Origin: Candidatus Micrarchaeota archaeon
GTDB lineage: Archaea > Micrarchaeota > Micrarchaeia > Micrarchaeales > Micrarchaeaceae
Length of the DNA stretch: 64,000 nucleotides
Assembly (NCBI GenBank): GCA_021822165.1
Contig: JAKARM010000001.1
Location: 42,443-106,442 of the forward strand
Direction of reading: 5' to 3'
The notes beneath the pieces are model-generated. The model saw only the letters and a program-made list of their open reading frames with translations. It was not told the origin of the DNA and did not search any database. The position numbers and the translations under genes are program-made. This document shows, piece by piece, positions 48,648 to 55,522 of the stretch (position 1 is its first letter; every line of letters starts with the position of its first letter).

Positions 48648-49037
48648 GTGTTATTGACAAGGAATTCTGAAGCAAAAGGGGGTAGGTGGGGAATGCCTGG
48701 AGGGCATATAGGATTTGGGGAAACGATATTCACTGCTGCAAAGAGGGAGTCTCTTGAAGAGGTGGGCCTTGACGTGAAACCAATCGGTGTTTTCGGTATG
48801 AATGAGAATGTACCTAAGGACCCAACAAGGAAGCATTACATTTTATTCCATATAATTTGTTCTGCAGATTCAACTGATGTGAAAATCGATGGAAAGGAAT
48901 TGGTTGAATATGCTTGGCTTTCTCAAGAGGAGTCTATGAACCTTTTGCATGCGAGTGCATATAAAGAAATAATTAGAGAGTACGCCAATCAGTCTAAAAA
49001 AGGAAAGATTGAGTGGGTCTTTACACCATCACCGTAG
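48648..49037 (+). CDS. Nudix hydrolase (5' end uncertain, possibly degraded)
   Basis: Nudix box GGHIGFGETIFTAAKRESLEEVGL; typical N-terminal strand TIELISIVYIYDKNGNVLL is encoded in frame upstream of the first canonical start (GTG 48648) with no ATG/GTG/TTG after the stop at 48573. Confidence 0.65.
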   Translation: MLLTRNSEAKGGRWGMPGGHIGFGETIFTAAKRESLEEVGLDVKPIGVFGMNENVPKDPTRKHYILFHIICSADSTDVKIDGKELVEYAWLSQEESMNLLHASAYKEIIREYANQSKKGKIEWVFTPSP

Positions 49038-49331
49038 CTAAACATAAGATGATGAGTAATTTTATGCTAGAAAAGGCTCGCCCTAGGAAGGACGCCTGTA
49101 AATTAACAGTCCACCCATGATATACAATGCAATACACCCACTTAAGAAAACGTTTAGGAACCAACATTCTGTAAGTAATATGAAAAGCAAGTATGAATAG
49201 ATATGTAGCGATAAAAGATTAACCCGAAACGTTATTCTGGCTTTGCAGTTCATACTGCCATGTTGAAGGAAGTAATAGCTAATTAGATAAATAATCGAAC
49301 GTTTTGGGCATAAAAGAGGGTTTGTTGAATT

Positions 49332-49667
49332 CTACAGAAAGCTGATACTTCGCCGCAGCCAATGATGGGATGAAACGATTCGATAGCCATCTTCGTCCGG
49401 AAGGGGAACCTCCTTGAGGCCGTTCTGGACCCTGCGCCCGAGCGAACTGACGCTGTTGTACCCGACGAACACTATCGTGTTCTTGGGATCGTCCGCAAGC
49501 CTCTTGAAATACTCCAGGCTCGCGCCCCCGTTCATCATGCCGCCGCTGGCCAGTATTATAGATGGCCCTTTCTTGAAGACCTCCCCCTTTCCCGAACCGC
49601 GCAGGGAACCGAAATTGTTGGCATATGAAGGAGAAAAATGGAGAAAGGATAAGCAACCGCCGAAAGA
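49332..49667 (-). pseudogene. Remnant of a beta-CASP / aCPSF1-like metallo-beta-lactamase ribonuclease gene (about 100 codons only)
   Basis: In-frame translation FGSLRGSGKGEVFKKGPSIILASGGMMNGGASLEYFKRLADDPKNTIVFVGYNSVSSLGRRVQNGLKEVPLP matches the beta-CASP region of archaeal CPSF1-type nucleases; no room for the N-terminal 450 aa (S2 gene ends at 49679); similarity is lost after about residue 100. Confidence 0.6.
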
Positions 49668-49678
49668 TTATTGACAGC

Positions 49679-50446
49679 TCACTCTTCCGCGGCAGGGGCG
49701 GCTTCCGCTTTCTTCGCTCCCTCTTCCTGAGGGGCTGGAGCCTCTGCCCGCTTCTGGGCGGAAGGATGATCTGCAGGGCGCTGCGCCTGGGTTTCGCCGC
49801 GGCGCGGCGCGGGCTTTGCGCTCCTGCCGTCGTCCATCTTGGCCTCGAAACTGTCTACGCCATAGCTGAACTCGGCATCGGACTTTATGTCGCCGCGGTA
49901 GACGAGCACCGCCCTGGCAAGCAGGTAGAATATGAATGCCAATGACTTCCTGCCCCTGTTGTTCGAAGGGATTATGAAGTCGACGAACTTCGTGGGGTTG
50001 TCGGTGTCGCTTATGGCTATTATCGGTATGTTGATCTTGCTCGCTTCCTTGATCGCCTGCTTCTCGTTCCTGGAATCGCTCACTATGAGCAGCTTGGGCT
50101 CGGTGAAGTCCTCCCTCTTCGGGTTCGTGAACACCCCCGGGTTGACCCTCCCCTTCCTGAAGTCTGCACCTATTATCTCGGAGAACCTCTCTGCAGGGGT
50201 TATCGCATAGAGCCTGGATGCGGTGACCACGATCTCCTTCGGATTGTACTTGGCAATCATCTTGGCGGCAAGCATTATCCTTGAATCTATCGTCTTTATG
50301 TCGAGCCTGAAAAGGCCGTCCTCCCTCACGCCGTAGACAAAGCGCTTCATTCCGGGGCTCTGCGTCCTGGTACCGATATGTATGCCTGATCCGAGATAAT
50401 CATTCTGGTCTGCTAGATGAATTTCACTTTGTTTTTCTTCTACCAT
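49679..50446 (-). CDS. rps2: 30S ribosomal protein S2 (uS2) with Ala/Pro/Glu-rich C-terminal extension
   Basis: LGSGIHIGTRTQ ... FRLDIKT ... LLIVSDSRNEKQAIKEASKINIPIIAISDTDN; ATG 50446 chosen because the listed start 50500 would overlap tRNA-Pro. Confidence 0.9.
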   Translation of the reverse strand: MVEEKQSEIHLADQNDYLGSGIHIGTRTQSPGMKRFVYGVREDGLFRLDIKTIDSRIMLAAKMIAKYNPKEIVVTASRLYAITPAERFSEIIGADFRKGRVNPGVFTNPKREDFTEPKLLIVSDSRNEKQAIKEASKINIPIIAISDTDNPTKFVDFIIPSNNRGRKSLAFIFYLLARAVLVYRGDIKSDAEFSYGVDSFEAKMDDGRSAKPAPRRGETQAQRPADHPSAQKRAEAPAPQEEGAKKAEAAPAAEE

Positions 50447-50458
50447 ATATAACACCTT

Positions 50459-50557
50459 TGGGGCCGCCGAGATTTTCATTGGTATTTTGAATTCCCGCAA
50501 TAGTCTCGGGTCGCCAGCACCCCAAGCTGGAAGCCTACCAAGCTAGCAGACGGCCCC
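50459..50557 (-). tRNA. tRNA-Pro(GGG) with 26 extra nt inside the T arm (two putative 13-nt introns)
   Basis: Acceptor GGGGCCG/CGGCCCC + A73, anticodon arm CCAGC-TTGGGGT-GCTGG, T-stem halves CCGAG/CTCGG separated by ACTATTGCGGGAA-TTCAAA-ATACCAATGAAAA-T; synteny (after rpoN) matches the tRNA-Pro position I recall in other archaea. Confidence 0.6.
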
Positions 50558-50574
50558 ATAATAGCTGTAGCATA

Positions 50575-50775
50575 TCACCATTTCCTGCCGATGGTCACGA
50601 ACTCGTCTATCAGATCGACGTTGCCGAGCATCATGCGCCTGCAACAGTACCTCTTTATCCCGAGGCTGTCAAGCACCGGACCGGACTCCTCCTTGTCCTC
50701 CGTGGTCCTCTTCTTGTACTCCTCCCACTTGTCAGCAATCACTGCGCCGCACGTAAAGCATCTTACAGGGATCAT
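50575..50775 (-). CDS. rpoN: DNA-directed RNA polymerase subunit N (Rpo10)
   Basis: [10 protein letters not shown] ... RYCCRRM zinc-binding motifs; start at ATG 50775/50778. Confidence 0.9.
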   Translation of the reverse strand: MIPVRCFTCGAVIADKWEEYKKRTTEDKEESGPVLDSLGIKRYCCRRMMLGNVDLIDEFVTIGRKW

Positions 50776-50789
50776 CATAGCAACACCAA

Positions 50790-51263
50790 TCATCTATACG
50801 AGGTCTGGAACCTTGCCCTTGCCTTAGGACCGAGGAACTTCTTGGGCTCGACCCTCCTTGAGTCATCCACAATCAGCGACCTGTCATAGTCCATTAACTC
50901 CTTCCTCACGGAACCGCTCTCGTCAAGATCGGCTATGCACCTTGCTATCGCGGCACCAACTGCCTGCGCCTGGGAGCTGTATCCCCCTCCATAAACGCTC
51001 ACGGTTATGTCCGTCCTCTTCGATATGTCGTTGCCGAGCTGCGAGACCTTGATTGAGTTAAGCATCATCCCGCGTATCTCGGCGGGCTCTATTATGTTTA
51101 TGTCCGTGCCGTTCACCCTTATCTTTCCGGTGCCCGACTTGGCGGACGCCCTGGCGACGGAGGTCTTCCTCTTGCTCTTCGAGAGGACGATGTGCTCTTT
51201 CTTCTTAACGGCCCTCTTCGGGGCCTTTTTCTTCTGTTTTTCTTCCTGCATCTTGTCTGCCAT
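50790..51263 (-). CDS. rps9: 30S ribosomal protein S9 (uS9) with Lys-rich N-terminal extension
   Basis: [18 protein letters not shown] ... [25 protein letters not shown]-terminus. Confidence 0.92.
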   Translation of the reverse strand: MADKMQEEKQKKKAPKRAVKKKEHIVLSKSKRKTSVARASAKSGTGKIRVNGTDINIIEPAEIRGMMLNSIKVSQLGNDISKRTDITVSVYGGGYSSQAQAVGAAIARCIADLDESGSVRKELMDYDRSLIVDDSRRVEPKKFLGPKARARFQTSYR

Positions 51264-51266
51264 TAA

Positions 51267-51716
51267 CTACACCGTATATCCCAGAAGGGATGATAGCTCC
51301 TTAACCGTCATGTATCCCGAATACATGAGCTTAAGGTTCTTCGACTTGGATTCGGCATTCACCTTGCCCTTGAACTCTTCAGGGGTGCCCATGAATACGC
51401 GGAGGTTCCTGTATGCGTTTTTGCCGCTCGGCTTCCTATAGGGAAGCATTCCGCGCACGACCCGCTTCACCAGCAGGTCAGGCCTCTTCGACCAATAGGG
51501 GGAATGGTCGGGGTTCGCTTTCTCTGTCAGCCCCACCCTTACGAAATACTTCTTAACTATCTGCTTCTTCCTTCCCGTTATGACCGCCTTTTCCGAATTA
51601 AGTATCACCACCTTTTCGCCTGAGAGCAGGCGCTTGGCGGACTCGCTCGCCACCCTCCCGAGTATCCTGCCTTCCGCGTCGAATATGTGGTATCCGCTAC
51701 TCTTGTTCGTTTCCAT
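51267..51716 (-). CDS. rpl13: 50S ribosomal protein L13 (uL13)
   Basis: IFDAEGRILGRVASESAKRLL ... VVRGMLP ... LRVFMG motifs. Confidence 0.92.
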   Translation of the reverse strand: METNKSSGYHIFDAEGRILGRVASESAKRLLSGEKVVILNSEKAVITGRKKQIVKKYFVRVGLTEKANPDHSPYWSKRPDLLVKRVVRGMLPYRKPSGKNAYRNLRVFMGTPEEFKGKVNAESKSKNLKLMYSGYMTVKELSSLLGYTV

Positions 51717-51726
51717 GTGAACGCCA

Positions 51727-52074
51727 TTACACTATGATCCTTATCCCTTTCTGCTTCAGCATCTCCTTCAACGGAAAGATCTTAGATCCAGATTCCATGA
51801 GGGATTTCCTCGCCTTCTCTGAATAGTTGACTGCCGCTATGTTGACCTTGTGGTCCATCTTGCCTATTGAAAGCACCTTGCCAGGGACGATCAGGCTCTC
51901 CCCGTCCTTGGAATATTTGTTGATCTTATGGACATTCACCTTTACCCTCTGCCTCTTGGGCTTTGTGACCAGCTTGTTAAGCCTCTTTGCCAGCGGATGC
52001 CCGTCGCTGCCCCTCTTGACGTCGCCAAGTACTGCGACCCATTCATTTATTTCATTCGCCTCTATATGCTTCAT
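51727..52074 (-). CDS. rpl18e: 50S ribosomal protein L18e (eL18)
   Basis: 115 aa, KRQRVKVNVHKINKY ... LIVPGKVLSIGKMDHKVNIAAVNYSEKA, conserved position between rpoD/tRNA-Leu and L13. Confidence 0.85.
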   Translation of the reverse strand: MKHIEANEINEWVAVLGDVKRGSDGHPLAKRLNKLVTKPKRQRVKVNVHKINKYSKDGESLIVPGKVLSIGKMDHKVNIAAVNYSEKARKSLMESGSKIFPLKEMLKQKGIRIIV

Positions 52075-52084
52075 TACAACACCA

Positions 52085-52193
52085 TGCGGGGGGCGAGATT
52101 TGAACTCGCGCAGTCTCTAAAGACACAGGAGTTCTGAGCAGGGAATACCTGCACCTCAGTCCTGCACATTTGGCCAAACTCTGCCACCCCCGC
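52085..52193 (-). tRNA. tRNA-Leu(GAG), class II, with 22-nt intron at 37/38
   Basis: Acceptor GCGGGGG/CCCCCGC + A73, anticodon arm CAGGA-CTGAGG[intron 52132-52153]C-TCCTG, intron forms CTGAG/CTCAG and GCAGG/CCTGC helices (BHB-like), variable arm GTCT-TTAG-AGAC, T arm GCGAG-TTCAAAT-CTCGC. Confidence 0.85.
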
Positions 52194-52197
52194 CCGT

Positions 52198-52770
52198 CTA
52201 GAGCTTTCCTACCGCCTTGCCTATCTCTTTAAGTTCATCCTTTATTACCTCGCAAGCCTTATTAATTATTTCTTTGGGAGGCATCTGCCCGAAAGACTCA
52301 ACATAAAAATTGAAGCTCTCGCCTTCCTGGTCATAAGAGACAATACCGGGCTGGAACTTGGAATGCCTCGATGCCTTTCCGAGGACGGCCTTCCCCTCAG
52401 CCCTTATCTTCTGCCCCTCCGCGAGCTTTATCAGCGGGATATTCGGGTTCGCCACCTTCACTGCGGGGTCGGAGCTCACCAGCTCGGCGGAATATACAGT
52501 TTTCGGGCCGACGGCTTCGAGGGTGAACAATATCTCGTCCTCGGCGCCATACCCTTTGGACGGCGTGACCAATGGGACAAGCCCTATCCTATGGGCGATG
52601 TAGTCGTCGAACATCGCACTGGTATTCTCATAGAAGGATATCTTGTCTATCGCGAAGGTGCTGACGCTGTTGATAGCTGCGCGCCTAAGCGCATTGGCGG
52701 GGCCTGTGCCGGTTCCCTCCAGAGAGAACCGAAGCATGCCCTGGCCCTCTTCCTTGACCTCTATCTTCAT
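52198..52770 (-). CDS. rpoD: DNA-directed RNA polymerase subunit D (Rpo3), short form
   Basis: ANALRRAAINSVSTFAIDKISFYENTSAMFDDYIAHRIGLVPL; 190 aa, no Cys-rich Fe-S domain. Confidence 0.85.
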   Translation of the reverse strand: MKIEVKEEGQGMLRFSLEGTGTGPANALRRAAINSVSTFAIDKISFYENTSAMFDDYIAHRIGLVPLVTPSKGYGAEDEILFTLEAVGPKTVYSAELVSSDPAVKVANPNIPLIKLAEGQKIRAEGKAVLGKASRHSKFQPGIVSYDQEGESFNFYVESFGQMPPKEIINKACEVIKDELKEIGKAVGKL

Positions 52771-52935
52771 CTATTCACTTAGTAAATTTAACAATCCGAT
52801 TATCTGCACGTACGGAATACACGCAGAGGACAGGACATAACCGGTCGGACAAGGGGGCAATTTTCGCGCCTGCCATCTCCCAAAACGATTAATATATTTA
52901 TAGACACTAACGTTTTTATACTTTGAGGTGGTCGG

Positions 52936-53556
52936 ATGAGTTTTGAGGACATATTTTTACTGGAGATTTCAAAGGCGTCTGCAAATAAAAGCAGGTGGAA
53001 CCTCGCCTATAGGGAGAGAAGGAATCTCTCGAATACCAAACTGGACAAATATGAAAATTCCATCTCCCTCGCGGGAGACGGGCATGCCGAGGGCAGGTAT
53101 GGCCCGAGAGGGCCGAGATACATAACAGCGGCAGGGCTCACGTCCGGCCTCATATTTTCCATATACGAGATAAACTCTGCCAGCGCGCTGGTTACCAGGA
53201 TAGAGAAGTCCATGCCCCCCGCATCGGTATTCGAGAATTTTTTCAAGAAATTCAAGAAGCCGAATGTAGAGGCTCGTTTCATAGGGCTCCAGAACGGAGA
53301 TGGCACGGCTCCCCTCTATGGCGCATATGACATACTTTCCAGGCGCAAAATACCGATCTGCGAAGCAGATCTCTTCGGGGACGAAACCAGGAACCTGGCG
53401 ATGGACCTGAAAACAGGGATGTTCTTCAACGTCCTCGTTGAGAATAGGCTCTACAGGCCAGGGGAGCTGAAGAACAAGGGGCTGGCTGTCGTAGGGGAAA
53501 CCGGAGCCGTAGCTGCGCCCCAGGCAGAAAGGATGGAGGAAAAGAAGGAGACGTAA
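52936..53556 (+). CDS. Hypothetical protein (weak CheD-like pattern, unverified)
   Basis: ATG preceded by GAGGTGGT; central AAGLTSGLIFSIY ... FIGLQNGDG ... ICEADLFGDETRNLAMDLKTGMFFNVLV loosely recalls the CheD fold, but the Cys nucleophile context is not conserved. Confidence 0.45.
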   Translation: MSFEDIFLLEISKASANKSRWNLAYRERRNLSNTKLDKYENSISLAGDGHAEGRYGPRGPRYITAAGLTSGLIFSIYEINSASALVTRIEKSMPPASVFENFFKKFKKPNVEARFIGLQNGDGTAPLYGAYDILSRRKIPICEADLFGDETRNLAMDLKTGMFFNVLVENRLYRPGELKNKGLAVVGETGAVAAPQAERMEEKKET

Positions 53557-53621
53557 AGGAATCGCGTTCTGTAGTTAAAAGGGTTTTGCATGCACTACTA
53601 TTGTTTCCATTCGGTGTCTTT

Positions 53622-54953
53622 ATGGTTAGAAAAAAGGTTGTGATACTCGGGGCGGCAGGGAGGGACTTTCATGACTTTAACATGCTCTTCAGGGACAACA
53701 AGGAATACGAGGTCGTTGCCTTCACCGCGGCGCAGATACCGTTTATAGCGGACCGTACATACCCCAGGGAACTCAGCGGGAAGCTTTACCCCAGGGGCAT
53801 AAGGATCCATGACGAATCCGAGCTTTTGGATGTGATAAGGAAGCACAGGGCGGACATATGCCTGCAGGCATACAGTGACACCACATACAACAACGTCATG
53901 CACAATTCTGCCATAGCTAACGCGGCAGGGGCCGATTTCTGGATCGTCTCGCCAGAAAGGACGATGCTCCGTTCCAAAAAGAGGGTCATAGCGATCTGCG
54001 CCGCCAGGACAGGGAGCGGAAAAAGCCAGACGACCAGATATGTATCTGAATTCCTGAGGAGAAAGGGGGTGAAGGCTGTGATAATAAGGCACCCGATGCC
54101 TTACGGCATACTCAAGAACGAGATCGTAGAAAGATTTGAAAGGAAGGAGGACCTCGACAGGTATAAGACAACGATAGAAGAGAGGGAGGAATACGAACAG
54201 CACATAAACAACGGATTTATCGTATACGCAGGGGTTGATTATGAGAAGATACTGCGTTCTGCGGAGAAAGAGGCTGACGTGATAATATGGGACGGCGGGA
54301 ACAATGATGCCCCGTTTATCAGGCCTGACCTGATGGTGGCCGTCATAGATCCGCTAAGGCCCGGGGACGAACTGGCCTATTACCCAGGGGAGGTCGTGGT
54401 CAAGATTGCCGACATCGTTTTGATAAACAAAGCGAATTCCGTGACTGAGGGGGTTATAGCTTCGGCGAAAAAGCGGCTGGGGGAGATAAACAAGGATGCC
54501 GTGATCGTCGTCGCGGATTCTGAGATAAAAACAGACAACAAGGAGGGGATAAGGGGCAAGAGGGTCCTGCTTATCGAAGACGGGCCCACGATAACACATG
54601 GCGGGATGCCGTTCGGGGCGGCCATGGTGGCTTCGCAGATGTTCGGTGCGAAATCGGTAGTCGAGGCGCGTAAATATGCGGTCGGCACCATAAAGGAGAC
54701 ATTCGAGAAATACCCGTTGCTGAAGGAGGAACTTCCAGCGATGGGGTATTCGAAGGGGCAGATATCAGACCTCGAAAAAACAATAAACAGGGCGAAGTGC
54801 GACATCGTCGTCTCCGCCACTCCGATAGACTTGCGGCGCATACTAGACATACGGAAACCCATGGCACACGTAACATACGATCTGGCCCCGAGGACCAGGG
54901 AGTTCGACAGGCTGCTGGAGGAATTCGCGCGCAGCACCAGAAAGCAGAGGTAG
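53622..54953 (+). CDS. COG2403-type P-loop protein (predicted GTPase / cyclic 2,3-diphosphoglycerate synthetase-like)
   Basis: VVILGAAGRDFHDFN N-terminal Rossmann-like region, P-loop ICAARTGSGKSQTT, VIIWDGGNND; ATG 53622. Confidence 0.65.
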   Translation: MVRKKVVILGAAGRDFHDFNMLFRDNKEYEVVAFTAAQIPFIADRTYPRELSGKLYPRGIRIHDESELLDVIRKHRADICLQAYSDTTYNNVMHNSAIANAAGADFWIVSPERTMLRSKKRVIAICAARTGSGKSQTTRYVSEFLRRKGVKAVIIRHPMPYGILKNEIVERFERKEDLDRYKTTIEEREEYEQHINNGFIVYAGVDYEKILRSAEKEADVIIWDGGNNDAPFIRPDLMVAVIDPLRPGDELAYYPGEVVVKIADIVLINKANSVTEGVIASAKKRLGEINKDAVIVVADSEIKTDNKEGIRGKRVLLIEDGPTITHGGMPFGAAMVASQMFGAKSVVEARKYAVGTIKETFEKYPLLKEELPAMGYSKGQISDLEKTINRAKCDIVVSATPIDLRRILDIRKPMAHVTYDLAPRTREFDRLLEEFARSTRKQR

Positions 54954-54956
54954 AGG

Positions 54957-55376
54957 ATGGAGATGGCGGTCGGAGGAAAATACTCGAAAGGCATGAAGGC
55001 GGGGCTCGCGATAGGGGTCATTATATCGCTCTACCTTACATATGTCCATTTCCACCCTGCGGCGCTCTACTGTTCGAACAGGGGGATAATTGATTGTGCG
55101 ACCGTGTTGGGGAGCAGGTTTTCGATGGTGTTCGGCATCCCGCTTTCTGTTTATGGGGTTGTCTGGTTCTTGGGCGCCCTGGCATTCTCTTCCGCCAGGG
55201 GGCCTGCAAGAAACATCTGGGCGATAGGAGGGATTGGCGGGGTCGCTTATTCCATGGCCGCCATGTCGGTCATCGGCAAGATATGCATATATTGTGCAGG
55301 GGTGGACACGCTGATCCTGTTATACGTCGTCTATTCCATATTTGGAGGAGGGAGCCCGACAACGGATAACACATGA
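54957..55376 (+). CDS. VKOR-family (vitamin K epoxide reductase-like) membrane thiol-disulfide oxidoreductase
   Basis: 4 TM helices, loop Cys pair (YCSNRGIIDCATVLGSRFS...GIPLSVYG) and TM4 CIYC (CxxC) motif. Confidence 0.65.
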   Translation: MEMAVGGKYSKGMKAGLAIGVIISLYLTYVHFHPAALYCSNRGIIDCATVLGSRFSMVFGIPLSVYGVVWFLGALAFSSARGPARNIWAIGGIGGVAYSMAAMSVIGKICIYCAGVDTLILLYVVYSIFGGGSPTTDNT

Positions 55377-55390
55377 AATGCAGGAAAGGT

Positions 55391-55397
55391 TTTTATT
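55391..55397 (+). promoter_or_regulatory. TATA-like element for tRNA-Lys
   Basis: TTTTATT located 27-33 nt upstream of the tRNA 5' end at 55424. Confidence 0.4.
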
Positions 55398-55423
55398 CTG
55401 CTCTTGACAAACCAGAATATTAT

Positions 55424-55517
55424 GGGCCCATAGCTCAGGTTGGAAGAGCGGCTGGCTCTTAACCAGTAGGCCGAGGGTTCAAAATGGATCTGTTCCAGGG
55501 ATATCCCTCTGGGCCCG
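55424..55517 (+). tRNA. tRNA-Lys(CUU) with 20-nt intron in the T-loop (position 59/60)
   Basis: Acceptor GGGCCCA/TGGGCCC + G73, D arm GCTC/GAGC, anticodon arm GCTGG-CTCTTAA-CCAGT, T stem GAGGG/CCCTC separated by TTCAAA[ATGGATCTGTTCCAGGGATA]T; removing 55484-55503 restores TTCAAAT. Confidence 0.85.
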
Positions 55518-55522
55518 TAATA

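Noticed and set aside
49279-49656. 125-aa minus-strand ORF listed in the track, as a real gene
   Set aside because: It is in a different frame from the beta-CASP-like translation and is Arg/Gly/Pro-rich without motifs. Its only recognisable similarity belongs to the overlapping frame, so it is treated as part of the pseudogene region.
52936-53556. Calling the 206-aa protein a CheD chemoreceptor deamidase
   Set aside because: Only a loose pattern resemblance exists, the expected Cys-containing active-site context is not conserved, and no other chemotaxis gene is present. It is kept as hypothetical.
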